A DNA stretch of 64,000 nucleotides from Methanomassiliicoccaceae archaeon (GCA_963768775.1 CAVYIY010000007.1:51832-115831), one strand, 5' to 3'. Positions 9,798 through 19,950 are shown, counted from the first letter of the stretch. Numbers and translations are program-made. Notes: a model not told the origin generated them from the sequence alone.

Positions 9798-11155
9798 TCA
9801 AAGTGATGAAGTTCGGCGGGACCAGCGTCGGGAGCGAGAAGGCCCTCGGCAACCTCGCCGCCATAGTGAAGAACGAGCCGTGCCAGAAGACCCTGGTAGT
9901 CTCAGCGATGTCCGGGGTGACCAACACCCTGATCGCCTTGATGCGGGACCCGAAGGCTTCGAACGACGCGTTCTACGGCGAACTGCTGCAGAAGCACATC
10001 GCCGCAGCCAGGCCGATGCTGAGCCCCAGCGAGCTGAACGACCTCGAGATGAAGCTCAGGCTGCGCATCTTCGGCTTGCACCAGGCGGTGGACCGCTACC
10101 TCGCCGATAGCGCTGACAGGGAGATACTGCAGGATTCCATCTCTTCATGGGGTGAGAGGCTATCCTCCTTGATGGTCGCCTCGATATTGAAGGCGCAGGG
10201 GTCGGACGCGGTGGCGATGACTTCCGAAGAGGCGGGGATCGCCGCCGTGGGATCGCCGGGCAACGGAGCGGCGAACCTGGAGCTGAGCGAGAGAAACTTC
10301 CAGGGGAACGTCCTGCCCTTGATTGAGGCGGGGAGGATCCCTGTCCTCACCGGCTACTACGGCACCGACGCATCTGGAAGGCCGCTGACCTTCGGGCGCG
10401 GAGGCTCCGATTACTCCGGTTCGGTGATCGCCTATGCCCTCGGGGCCAGAGTGTTGGAGATCTGGACAGACGTGGACGGATTCATGACCGCCGACCCGCG
10501 CATCGTCCCCTCGGCCCGCACCATAAGGGAGATGAACTACGGAGAGGCGGCCGAGCTGGCCTACTTCGGGGCGAAGGTTTTGCACCCGCGCACCATCGAG
10601 CCGGCGAGGAAGAAGAAGATCGTGGTCATGGTCAAGAACACCTTCCATCCGGAGGGCGAGGGCACCAAGATACACGAACTGCGCTCTCCAGGGAACGAGC
10701 TGCTGCGATCAGTTGCGGTAAAATCCGATCTCAGTATCCTGAAGGTCTATTCCTCCGAGATCGTCTATAACCCGAGCCTGGTGACCAAGCTCCTGGAATC
10801 GGTGTCCGAGGACGGCGTCACCACCTATGCCATTTCCACGTCGCTCTCGACGTTGGCCATAGCGCTCCCTTCCGGGGCGACTAAGCGCATCTGCGACAAG
10901 ATAGGCAAGCTGGAGATGGGGCAGATCGAGAAGGTGAGAATCAAGGACAACGTCTCGCTAATCTGCACCGTGGGGGACGACCTCATCAACCACATGGGCG
11001 CGGCCGCGATGATCTTCGATGCCGCCATGGAAGCGAAGGCGAACATCGAGATGATCTCGGAAGGGGCATCGGACGTTGCGCTCAATTTCGTGGTGCCGAG
11101 CGGCCAAGCTAACGACGTCGTGACGAGGATCCATGAGAGGTTCATTGCGAAGTGA
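9794..11155 (+). CDS. lysC: aspartate kinase
   Basis: KFGGTSV N-terminus, GRGGSDYS, VDGFMTADPR, C-terminal ACT domains. Start ambiguous (TTG 9794 / ATG 9806). Confidence 0.9.
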   Translation: MIKVMKFGGTSVGSEKALGNLAAIVKNEPCQKTLVVSAMSGVTNTLIALMRDPKASNDAFYGELLQKHIAAARPMLSPSELNDLEMKLRLRIFGLHQAVDRYLADSADREILQDSISSWGERLSSLMVASILKAQGSDAVAMTSEEAGIAAVGSPGNGAANLELSERNFQGNVLPLIEAGRIPVLTGYYGTDASGRPLTFGRGGSDYSGSVIAYALGARVLEIWTDVDGFMTADPRIVPSARTIREMNYGEAAELAYFGAKVLHPRTIEPARKKKIVVMVKNTFHPEGEGTKIHELRSPGNELLRSVAVKSDLSILKVYSSEIVYNPSLVTKLLESVSEDGVTTYAISTSLSTLAIALPSGATKRICDKIGKLEMGQIEKVRIKDNVSLICTVGDDLINHMGAAAMIFDAAMEAKANIEMISEGASDVALNFVVPSGQANDVVTRIHERFIAK

Positions 11156-12429
11156 GACTGGTGGCTAACATGCGACAATTCGAGAATTCTGATGGACAGC
11201 TGATGATCGGTGGATTGCGGGCGACCGAGCTCGCCAGACGATTCGGGACGCCGCTTTACGTGACCGACGAGAATGCGGTCAGGGACAACTACCGGCGCAT
11301 GAAAGGCGCCTTCAAGCCGTACATGCCGGCGAGGGTGCATTACGCCTGCAAGGCCAATGCAGCCCTGGCCATACTGCGCGTGCTGCAGCAGGAGGGCAGC
11401 TACATCGACGCCGTCTCCATCGGCGAGGTGGACGCCTGCCTGCGCGCCGGCTTCCCTCCGGAACGCATACTGTACACTGGCGTCAACGTCTCCAACCGGG
11501 AGCTGGAGGCCCTGGTCAACCGCAGGGTGATGATCAACCTCGACAGCTTCTCCGAGCTCCGGCGCTTGGCGGAGATCTCCGACCGGCCCAAGATATCGTT
11601 CCGCGTCAATCCCGGCGTGGGGGCGGGGCACCACGCGCATGTGGTCACCGGCGCTAAGAGCACCAAGTTCGGCATACCCAAGGACGATATCGTGCGCGCC
11701 TACGATGAGGCGCTGGAGCATGGCTTCGTGCCTTTCGGCCTGCACGCCCACATCGGAGCGGGGGTGCAGGAAGTGGCGCCGTTCATCGAGGTGACCGACG
11801 TCCTGGTCGGCATCATGAACCAGCTCCAGGACCAGCTGGGCCTGAAGCTCGAGGTGCTGGACATCGGGGGTGGGGTGGGCATTCCCTATCAGCCGGACGA
11901 CAAGCAGATGGACCTGGACTCGCTGGCAAGGGAGGTCACCTCGCGCATCAAGGGTAAGTGCAGCGCCGGAACGGTGGCCATCGAACCGGGCCGCTACATC
12001 ATCGCCGACACCACCTTGCTCCTGACCAGCGTGGTCGACGTGAAGGAGACCCCCGACAAAAGGTTCTGCGGGGTCGATGCCGGTTTCAACACCCTCATCC
12101 GACCGGCGTTCTACGGCTCGTTCCACCATGTGGCGGTGGCCAACAAGTTCCAGAAGCCGGCCGACATAGTTTACGACGTCGTCGGACCGATCTGCGAGAC
12201 CGGGGACTTCCTGGCCAAGGACCGCTTGCTGCCGAAGGTGGAGGAAGGCGATCTAATTGCGGTCTATGACGCCGGAGCTTATGGGTTCACCATGTCGTCC
12301 AACTACAACATGCGTGGCCGGCCGTGCGAGGTCCTGGTCAAGGATGGATTGGCATCGGTGATCCGGGAGGCGGAGAGCATCGATGATCTGCTCCGTCTGG
12401 AAAGGATGCCAACGAGGCTGATGATTTGA
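11152..12429 (+). CDS. lysA: diaminopimelate decarboxylase
   Basis: YACKAN PLP-lysine motif, HIGAG, GGGVGIPY, EPGRY, CETGD. 4-nt overlaps on both sides. Confidence 0.9.
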   Translation: MRLVANMRQFENSDGQLMIGGLRATELARRFGTPLYVTDENAVRDNYRRMKGAFKPYMPARVHYACKANAALAILRVLQQEGSYIDAVSIGEVDACLRAGFPPERILYTGVNVSNRELEALVNRRVMINLDSFSELRRLAEISDRPKISFRVNPGVGAGHHAHVVTGAKSTKFGIPKDDIVRAYDEALEHGFVPFGLHAHIGAGVQEVAPFIEVTDVLVGIMNQLQDQLGLKLEVLDIGGGVGIPYQPDDKQMDLDSLAREVTSRIKGKCSAGTVAIEPGRYIIADTTLLLTSVVDVKETPDKRFCGVDAGFNTLIRPAFYGSFHHVAVANKFQKPADIVYDVVGPICETGDFLAKDRLLPKVEEGDLIAVYDAGAYGFTMSSNYNMRGRPCEVLVKDGLASVIREAESIDDLLRLERMPTRLMI

Positions 12430-13256
12430 TCTTCTACAAGTACCACGGGCTGGGCAACGACTTCATCGTCCTGGATGATTTCGACGGAAAGGCGCCGAAG
12501 AGCCCCGAGTTCGCCAGGAAGCACTGCCATCGCCGCTTCGGCATCGGGGCAGACGGCATCCTCTACGTCTCTGGCTCGAAGAAGGCAGACGCGCGCATGA
12601 AGGTCCTGAACTCCGACGGTTCGGAGGCGGAGATGTGCGGCAACGGCATCAGATGCGTGGCGAAGTACCTCTACGACATGGGCATGGTCAAGAAGGCCAG
12701 GATGAGCATAGAGACCCTGGCCGGCGTAAAGGAGGTGGATTGCACGGTGGAGGCGGGGAAGGTCGTCAGCGTGACGGTCGACATGGGAGCTCCCAGCCTG
12801 GAATGCGAGGAGATACCGATGACCTGCCGCGGGACCTTCGTCTCCCAGCAGCTGGACGTCGACGGGCGGGCCGTCGTCGGCACGGCGGTCTCAATGGGCA
12901 ACCCCCATTTCGTCATCCTCGACCCATTGAGCGATGGAGCCCGAAAGGAGCTCGGGCCGATGATCGAATCGCACCCGTTGTTCCCCCGGAAGACCAATGT
13001 CGAGTTTGCCGAGGTCCATGCGGACCACATCGACCTTCAGGTCTACGAGAGGGGGGCGGAATGGACCTTCGCCTGCGGCACCGGCGCCTGCGCCACGGTG
13101 GTGGCCGCGGTGGTGAACCACCGGGTGCCAGAGTGCAAGGAGATCGAGGTCCGCCTGCCTGGCGGAAGCCTTTGGATTAATGTAGGCGAAAGATTATCCT
13201 CCGTGATGATGCGCGGCCCGGCGGCGATGGTGTTCCGCGGCGAATTGCAGGAGTGA
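12426..13256 (+). CDS. dapF: diaminopimelate epimerase
   Basis: YHGLGNDF start, two catalytic-Cys contexts (MCGNGIRC and FACGTGACA), GNPHFV. Confidence 0.9.
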   Translation: MIFYKYHGLGNDFIVLDDFDGKAPKSPEFARKHCHRRFGIGADGILYVSGSKKADARMKVLNSDGSEAEMCGNGIRCVAKYLYDMGMVKKARMSIETLAGVKEVDCTVEAGKVVSVTVDMGAPSLECEEIPMTCRGTFVSQQLDVDGRAVVGTAVSMGNPHFVILDPLSDGARKELGPMIESHPLFPRKTNVEFAEVHADHIDLQVYERGAEWTFACGTGACATVVAAVVNHRVPECKEIEVRLPGGSLWINVGERLSSVMMRGPAAMVFRGELQE

Positions 13257-14422
13257 TGGCGATGACGTTCGACTATGCCAACCGAGTGAAGCGGATCCCG
13301 CCCTACCTTTTCGCGGAGATTGAGGAGAAGATCAGGATCAGACAAGCGCAGGGAGTCGACATCATCGATTTCGGCATCGGGGATCCGGACATTCCCACCC
13401 CGAAGCTGATCGTGGACGAGATCGCCAAGCAGGTTAGGGATCCACAGAATCACAATTACCCCACCTCGGCCGGCGAGGCGGAGACGCGCAAGGCGGTCGC
13501 TGACTGGTACAAGCGGCGCTTCAACGTCGACGTCGAGCCGCAGGGCGAGGTATGCATCCTTCTGGGCAGCAAGGAGGGCCTGGCGAACCTCGCCCGGGCG
13601 TTCATCAACCCCGGAGACAAGGTGCTCGTCCCCGATCCGGCATACCCGGTGTATGCCCAGGGAGCGGCTATGCTCTGCGACGCCGTGCCCGTCAGGGTAC
13701 CGCTGCAGCCGAAGCGCAACTTCTGGTTCGAGGATTCCCCGCGGGAGCTGGACCCGGAGGCCAAGATGCTGTACATCAACTACCCCAACAACCCCACTGG
13801 CGCAGTGGCCACCAAGGAGTACCTGCGCGGGCTGTACCGCTGGTGCGTGGAGACCCACACCATCATGGCCTACGACAACGCGTATTCTGAGCTCACCTAC
13901 GACGACTATGTCGCCCCATCCATGCTGGAAATCAGCAAGGAGGGAACGATCGAGTTCGGCTCGCTTTCGAAGACCTTCAACATGACCGGCTATCGCCTGG
14001 GCTATGCCGTGGGAGACCCGGTGCTCATCAGCGGGCTGAAGAAGGTCAAGTCCCAGATCGATTCTGGCGCTCCCAAGTTCATCCAGAAGGCAGCGGTGAT
14101 GGCGTTGGAGCAGTACACCAGCAGTGAGAAGCCGGCGCTGGTCAAGGAGAGCATGGCGATCTACGAGCAGAGGCGGAACGTCCTCGTGGCCGGATTGCGC
14201 ATGCTGGGCTTCAAGGCCCCCATGCCCAAAGGCACATTCTACCTCTGGTTCCCCGTGGACGGGAGCAGCATGAGGTTCGCCGACCGGATGCTGGAACAGG
14301 GCGTCGTGGTGACGCCCGGAGTCGGATTCGGACCGGCGGGCGAAGGCTATATCCGCATGGCCCTGACCCAGCCGGTGAGCCGAATCGAGGAAGCGCTGGT
14401 GCGCATGAAGAAGGCGCTCTAG
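13253..14422 (+). CDS. dapL: class I/II aminotransferase, most likely LL-diaminopimelate aminotransferase
   Basis: PPYLFAEI start, YPNNPTG, SLSKTFNMTGYRLGY PLP-lysine motif. Last gene of the DAP operon, and no dapD/dapC/dapE is present in that operon. The DapL assignment is inference from context. Confidence 0.75.
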   Translation: MMAMTFDYANRVKRIPPYLFAEIEEKIRIRQAQGVDIIDFGIGDPDIPTPKLIVDEIAKQVRDPQNHNYPTSAGEAETRKAVADWYKRRFNVDVEPQGEVCILLGSKEGLANLARAFINPGDKVLVPDPAYPVYAQGAAMLCDAVPVRVPLQPKRNFWFEDSPRELDPEAKMLYINYPNNPTGAVATKEYLRGLYRWCVETHTIMAYDNAYSELTYDDYVAPSMLEISKEGTIEFGSLSKTFNMTGYRLGYAVGDPVLISGLKKVKSQIDSGAPKFIQKAAVMALEQYTSSEKPALVKESMAIYEQRRNVLVAGLRMLGFKAPMPKGTFYLWFPVDGSSMRFADRMLEQGVVVTPGVGFGPAGEGYIRMALTQPVSRIEEALVRMKKAL

Positions 14423-14431
14423 CGGCACGGA

Positions 14432-15667
14432 TCAATTGGAGGGGCACTTCCGGTACTTCGCCGCCTTCAAGGCCTCGACCACCGGCAAAGGCTTCCCCAA
14501 CAGATAGGTCTCCAGCGCGCCCCCTCCGGTGCTGACGTAGGAGAACTTGTTGAAGAAACCGAAATGCTCGGCCGCGGCGACAGTGTGCCCGCCGCCGATG
14601 ACGCTGAACGCCTTGGAGTAGGTGGTGGCCTGCATGATCTCCCTCGTTCCCTGCGCGAAGACGTCCTTCTCGGTCACGCCGGCCGGGCCGGAGATGAAGA
14701 CCGTCCCGGCGTGGCTGATCACCCTGGCGAATTTCTCCATGCTGCCGCGCCCTATGTCCAGTATCGGATATTCCTGCGGCAAATCCCCGACCATGATGTC
14801 CCGGCGGTAGCAGTCCACCTCCAAGGCCACGTCGAACGGCAGCAGGATGCGCTCGCCTTTCTCCTTGAGGAGCTTCCTCGCCGCTGCCAGCGCCTCCGGG
14901 GTGATCTCCTTCTCGATCATCTTCTCCGTCGGTCCGCCCAGCTTCACCCCCCGGGCCATGAGGAACGCATTTCCTGCCACCCCGACCAGGATCACCCAAT
15001 CAGCGATCCGCTTGGACAAGATGCGCTCGACCATCAGCACCGACTCGCCGAACTTCGACCCCCCGAGGACGAACACCGCCGGTCTGGCCGGGTTCTCGAA
15101 AACGGTCTTCAGCGCTTGGAGCTCCCTCTCCATCAGCCTTCCGGCCGCCGAGGGCAGCACGGCGGCGAATCCGACCAAGGAGGTCTGGGAGCGGTGCGAT
15201 GCCCCGAAGGCGTCGTTCACGTAGATGTCGAACAGGGGCGCCAGCTTGGTGACCAACTCGGTCTTGGCATGCTCCTCCGCCGTCTTATTCTCCATTTCAT
15301 AGGGTAGTTCGCGCACGTTCTTCAGCACGATGACCTCTCCCGGGGAAAGGGAGCGGATGGCCTCGATCGCCACTGGGCCGCAGATGTCGTCGACGTACCT
15401 CACCTTCTGGCCGAGGAGCTTCTCGATCATCTTGGTCTGGCAGGTCAGATCGGCGAAGTCCCAGTCACCCGGGCGGCCTTGGTGCGACAGTATCGCCACC
15501 TTCGCCCCCCTGGATAGTAGCTCCTTCAGCGTCGGCATCGTCTGCTGGATCCGGTTCGCGTCCTCGATCTCCAGCGTATCCTTGTTCAGCGGACAGTTCA
15601 GGTCCGCCCGGAAGAGCACGAACTTGTTCTTGAAATCGAAGTCGTCGAGAGTGTTGAACTCGGCCAT
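14432..15667 (-). CDS. pgk: phosphoglycerate kinase
   Basis: RADLNCPL, SHQGRPG, GGSKFGESV and STGGGA motifs at archaeal PGK length. Confidence 0.9.
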   Translation of the reverse strand: MAEFNTLDDFDFKNKFVLFRADLNCPLNKDTLEIEDANRIQQTMPTLKELLSRGAKVAILSHQGRPGDWDFADLTCQTKMIEKLLGQKVRYVDDICGPVAIEAIRSLSPGEVIVLKNVRELPYEMENKTAEEHAKTELVTKLAPLFDIYVNDAFGASHRSQTSLVGFAAVLPSAAGRLMERELQALKTVFENPARPAVFVLGGSKFGESVLMVERILSKRIADWVILVGVAGNAFLMARGVKLGGPTEKMIEKEITPEALAAARKLLKEKGERILLPFDVALEVDCYRRDIMVGDLPQEYPILDIGRGSMEKFARVISHAGTVFISGPAGVTEKDVFAQGTREIMQATTYSKAFSVIGGGHTVAAAEHFGFFNKFSYVSTGGGALETYLLGKPLPVVEALKAAKYRKCPSN

Positions 15668-15754
15668 TTTTCCTCCCCCTTGCCATTAAATGAACTCTCA
15701 CGTGGTAGATTATTCTTGCCACTACCGCCGGTGCGACCGACAGCCGCCTGGAAC

Positions 15755-16777
15755 CTATTTCCCGATGCCCATAGCCTTGTCGGTCTTGCGGATGGAGCGC
15801 ATCGGGTCCGTCTCGAGCTTCATCATCGAGCGGACGCAATCCACGATCTCCGGGACGATGTCGCTCTCCTGGTGGATGGCTTGGTAATAGTAGAGGGTAT
15901 TCTCCTCCACCTTGATCCCGTCCTGCCAGACGATTATCTCCATGAAATCGCCCCGAGGCCGGCCGAGGTCGCGCGCCAGCTCCATCACCTGCGCCGAGGA
16001 CTTGATGCCATGCTTTCCGCTGACGAAGCGGATGCGCGGGACGTTGTCCCAGACGCTGAGGATGTCGTTCTCCGTCGCCCTCTTCCTCAGCTCAACCATG
16101 ACGCAATGGACATGCATCATCGTGGTGGGAGTGACCACGGCCATGGTGCGGATGGGCAGCCAGGGCATGATGGTCTGGACGTCGATGCCATGATGGGTCG
16201 GCAACTTCAGGCTGGGCTCGATGGCATTCAGCGCCGAGCCTTTCTTGTCCCCCGGGTCCGCTCCACGGCGGACCAGGGCGGCGAATGCCTTCTCGATCCC
16301 GAAGACCCGGTCGATGGGAAAGAGGGTCCTGACCAGCCCGGTCGTATTGCAGGAGACGACGCGCACGAATTGCGCTCCCCAGGCCTCCTGGTAGTTAGCG
16401 AAAGCATTGAAGGATATTCCGGATATTCCATGCTCTTCCCCGCCCATGAATATGGCTTTGACACCGGCCTTCTCATATGCCGGTTTGTATACCGCCCCGA
16501 TTCCGGCGGGCGTGGCATCCACGATGAGGTCGCACTTGGGAATCATGTCACTAAGAGTGCCGGCCAGCTTCACTTCTTCCTTATCGAACTCGGCCACGTT
16601 CTCCTGAGCGGCCGCATACAGAGGGAAGCCTTCCTTGATTGCTAACCTGGCTTCGTAGCTTGGCTTCGTCTTGGTTACCCCGACGACCTCCATGTCGTCC
16701 ATCCGGGAGATGGCGGAAGCGGCCCGCTTTCCGATCGTGCCATACCCATTGATTCCGACCTTGACTTTCATGACCAC
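15755..16777 (-). CDS. gap: glyceraldehyde-3-phosphate dehydrogenase, archaeal type II
   Basis: GINGYGTIGKR N-terminus and catalytic VSCNTTG motif typical of phosphorylating archaeal GAPDH. Confidence 0.9.
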   Translation of the reverse strand: MVMKVKVGINGYGTIGKRAASAISRMDDMEVVGVTKTKPSYEARLAIKEGFPLYAAAQENVAEFDKEEVKLAGTLSDMIPKCDLIVDATPAGIGAVYKPAYEKAGVKAIFMGGEEHGISGISFNAFANYQEAWGAQFVRVVSCNTTGLVRTLFPIDRVFGIEKAFAALVRRGADPGDKKGSALNAIEPSLKLPTHHGIDVQTIMPWLPIRTMAVVTPTTMMHVHCVMVELRKRATENDILSVWDNVPRIRFVSGKHGIKSSAQVMELARDLGRPRGDFMEIIVWQDGIKVEENTLYYYQAIHQESDIVPEIVDCVRSMMKLETDPMRSIRKTDKAMGIGK

Positions 16778-16930
16778 AACACCCTTCGTTCAGGACATAC
16801 TAATGAGGGAATATCTCCCTTACGGTTGAACTCTCATATTTGTCATCCATTCGATAAAAATAGCCGAGCTAATGGAGCATAGAGAATACCTGAAAAATAA
16901 GAAAGGGAAGGAATTCCAATTTCGTCCAGT

Positions 16931-17185
16931 TCACTTCTTCTCGGCTTCGAGCTTGCCCTTCAGTTTCGCGATCGATCTTCCGATCAGGATAGTCGCTACG
17001 ATCGCGAGAATGGTGACGATTATCGCGTAGACGAAATAACCAACTCCTGGATCACTCGTGAACACCGTGTCCACGGCCCATTTGATCGCCTGGTTCCATG
17101 CTAGCGCAGCGATCAATCCAAAGGCTGCGGTCATTAGTGCCGCGATTGTGTCCAGAACTTGGATTCTGAATGCTTTGTCGGCCAT
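16931..17185 (-). CDS. small two-TM membrane protein (DUF5654-like)
   Basis: 84 aa with two hydrophobic helices, an ALAWNQAI segment and a lysine-rich tail. Family name is from memory and tentative. Confidence 0.55.
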   Translation of the reverse strand: MADKAFRIQVLDTIAALMTAAFGLIAALAWNQAIKWAVDTVFTSDPGVGYFVYAIIVTILAIVATILIGRSIAKLKGKLEAEKK

Positions 17186-17273
17186 TTCTTTCCTCCCCTA
17201 ATCTTCCCCGCGTGGGATGCTATTGAATAACCATCGACAGTATAAAGATTTGACCGGATTTCACTTTTCAATT

Positions 17274-17296
17274 GCGGCATTGGGTCGGAATGCCGC
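17274..17296. other. perfect 8-bp stem hairpin in an intergenic region
   Basis: gcggcatt-gggtcgg-aatgccgc. Lies in the 279-bp gap between the divergent small membrane gene and the radical SAM gene, downstream of a tataaa element at 17243-17248. Confidence 0.3.
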
Positions 17297-17464
17297 CCTT
17301 TCCGATCCAATCTCATCGAACTCTCACGGGGCAGCTCGAATCGATATGTGGCTGGCTATCGAGACCCGCATCACTTGCGAGGGATTCATTACGGATCTCG
17401 GCGTCCGGACTCCATCGAGAATCCAGCAATCTTGAAATAGCCTGGCGGAGTTGCATAAAGCGCA

Positions 17465-18394
17465 ATGAGCAATCTCATCAGCGTTGGCCAGTTGGGATAC
17501 TATGCCAGATGGTTCTTCAAATCGAAGATCGGGATGAAGAGCCCACTGGTCAACACCATGATAATCAACTTCAACTGCAACCTCCGCTGCAAGCATTGCA
17601 GCATTTCTGGGAATGCGGACAAATTGCCCAACCCCTTCCAGATCGATTTCGAGAACGCCAAAAGGGAGATGGAGGAGCAGTACACAAAGGGAGCACGGAT
17701 CCTCTTCTTCGAGGGCGGCGAACCGACCTTGTGGAAGGACGGCGAGAAGGACCTGCATCAACTCATCCAAGCCGGAAGGGAGCTGGGCTACTTTGTCATC
17801 GGCTACACCACCAATGGCACCAATCCCATCATCGAAGACAGCGACGTCATCTCCGTCTCTCTGGACGGTCCGAGGGAGACGCATGATCTCATCCGTGGGG
17901 AAGGCGTCTACGACAAGCTGATGGCCAATCTATCGAAGACCACGCACCCGAACATCTTCGCCAATATGACCATAATGAAGCAGAACGTCGACAAGGTGAG
18001 GGAGACGGTGGAGATCGTGGCCAAGAACGACCGTATCCGCGGCGTCATGCTCAACTTCATCACTCCGCCGCCCTACGATATTGCGCTCACCCTGGAGGAG
18101 AAGAAGAGGGTCATCGAACTGGCGCTTCAGCTGAAGAAGGAAGGCCATCCGATACTGAACACCACCAAGGCGCTGAAGGACATGCTCATCGAGGATTTCG
18201 GAGGGCTGTGCCAGGACTGGGTCTCAGCCTTCGTCCTTCCCGATTGCTCGCATTACGGCGGGTGCCCGATGAAGGGGACGGAGTCTTGCAAGAAATGTGG
18301 CTTCGATGCCGTCCGGGAATACCGCCTGATCGTGAAGGGGAGCCCTGGCGCCATCACGCAAATGTCAAAGCGCTTTGCATACTCAAAGAAATGA
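17465..18394 (+). CDS. radical SAM protein (HpnH-like architecture), function unknown
   Basis: CNLRCKHC cluster motif, GGEPTLW, SVSLDGPRETHDLIRGEGVYDKL, Cys-rich C-terminus (CSHYGGCPMKGTESCKKCG). Confidence 0.75.
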   Translation: MSNLISVGQLGYYARWFFKSKIGMKSPLVNTMIINFNCNLRCKHCSISGNADKLPNPFQIDFENAKREMEEQYTKGARILFFEGGEPTLWKDGEKDLHQLIQAGRELGYFVIGYTTNGTNPIIEDSDVISVSLDGPRETHDLIRGEGVYDKLMANLSKTTHPNIFANMTIMKQNVDKVRETVEIVAKNDRIRGVMLNFITPPPYDIALTLEEKKRVIELALQLKKEGHPILNTTKALKDMLIEDFGGLCQDWVSAFVLPDCSHYGGCPMKGTESCKKCGFDAVREYRLIVKGSPGAITQMSKRFAYSKK

Positions 18395-19241
18395 CCACCA
18401 GGATTGATTGGACGAGCGAGAGCCTCAGAGCGTCGAACACCGGCCGCATCTCGCGGAACTTGTCCTCCTTGTTCTTCAGGTGCCTTATCATGCTGACGGC
18501 GAAGGGCAGGGTTAGGAACAGCAAGACGAATGTCAGATTATGATATGTTAGTATGGACATTAATCCGTAATCGACCGCCAGTATCCCGATCAGGATGTTG
18601 GCGACCTTATCTATGCCGAAGCGCACCACCAGGTCCTTCTCGCCCGCGGCAATGTGCGCTTCCCTCCCGGACATCTCGTCGACTATGCGCATGATCATTG
18701 CTCCCATGCCGACGATGACCGCTATGATCAATGCGGACCAGGAGAACGCCTGGGCGATGACGTAGAAGCTGAAGAACGATATCATGGTGAAGCTCGCTAG
18801 CACATCCAGCTCCCCAAGTCCACGTGCGCCCAGATTCAATGGCGGCGCGGTATAGAAGTAGCTCAGGAAGAACGCGACGGCGCCCAGCAAGAGAACGATC
18901 CAACCGCCGTAGAGCAGTATCGGGATCGACAGCGCCACCGCCCCGACCGCCAGTAGGACCATGATTGCCTTTCCCGCCTCAGCGGATATCAGGCCGCGGT
19001 CGAACGAGTTCCCTTGCCAGTAGATGCTGTTGCCTCCCTTCTCCTTGACCGCAATCTCCTCGAACGCCTGGTCCAGCAAAGTGAAGCGCAGCTTGTCCGC
19101 CCCGCTCTTGTGGTCGAAGTAATCATTGGACAGGTTGACGAACATCGCCAGAAGCAGCACGTCCAAAGGGATGACGACGGCCATGAGCCATTCTTGCTTG
19201 ATGGTGAGGGCGAATGCCACGCCGGTAATCGAGGAGAGCAC
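18354..19241 (-). CDS. UbiA-family prenyltransferase, MenA-like
   Basis: NDYFDHKSGAD Asp-rich motif and about 8 TM helices. The conserved-looking N-terminal extension (YKVKNVLRVAWTLPF, up to 19346) has no ATG/GTG/TTG, so the true start is uncertain. Confidence 0.75.
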   Translation of the reverse strand: MLSSITGVAFALTIKQEWLMAVVIPLDVLLLAMFVNLSNDYFDHKSGADKLRFTLLDQAFEEIAVKEKGGNSIYWQGNSFDRGLISAEAGKAIMVLLAVGAVALSIPILLYGGWIVLLLGAVAFFLSYFYTAPPLNLGARGLGELDVLASFTMISFFSFYVIAQAFSWSALIIAVIVGMGAMIMRIVDEMSGREAHIAAGEKDLVVRFGIDKVANILIGILAVDYGLMSILTYHNLTFVLLFLTLPFAVSMIRHLKNKEDKFREMRPVFDALRLSLVQSILVVISLSMQSALTFA

Positions 19242-19455
19242 GAAAGGCAGAGTCCAGGCTACTCTGAGAACGTTCTTAACCTTGTAGCCTAAGGAGTACT
19301 GCTGCCCTTCCGTCCTCTCACCCCGCTCCTGAAAGCGGCGAAGAGATTAAGCTTCTTCTCTCGTCCGCTCCCGGCCTCTCGCTGCCATGAACCATCATTT
19401 CGGTAGATGAGAAGAGGCCAGAAAGGAATAAGACCGGGGTCATCATTTTTGCCAC

Positions 19456-19950
19456 GTGAACTCCGACACCATCAACGCGCTGAATTGCTACCGGCGGATG
19501 GGCTATGAGGATGTCAGCGAGGATTTCGCGGACGAGATCAACTCGATTCCAGACACGGCGGGAAAGCAGGAATTCGTGAAGCGCGAGGTGGAGCGCGTCG
19601 GTTCCCTGTTCAAGCGCATCTCTCAATCGATCATGGAGAAGCACTGCGATTCGGATTTCGAGGACATCGTCGTCGCATGCAAGATGCTGATGGACCGAGA
19701 TAGCGCCGGAACGGTGGTCATCGTCGGGGACGTGATATTCGACGCGGTCACCGCCACATCGGATGCGGAAGCGATTGCGGGGTCCATCGAGCGGGCGATC
19801 GCGGATCAACAACTGGAGCTCAAGACCGCATTCGAGGTCCAGGAAGTCATTTGGGCCCTGGACTTCGCCCTGAAGAGCCTGACAGATTGGGAATTCGCCA
19901 GCGAACAGGTCATTTTGGTGAAGTACTGCGAGACTGACGGGCCGTGCTGA
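19456..19950 (+). CDS. acidic hypothetical protein
   Basis: 164-aa D/E-rich ORF (GTG start) with coding-like composition. The overlapping minus ORF 19318..19980 looks like a shadow. Confidence 0.5.
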   Translation: MNSDTINALNCYRRMGYEDVSEDFADEINSIPDTAGKQEFVKREVERVGSLFKRISQSIMEKHCDSDFEDIVVACKMLMDRDSAGTVVIVGDVIFDAVTATSDAEAIAGSIERAIADQQLELKTAFEVQEVIWALDFALKSLTDWEFASEQVILVKYCETDGPC

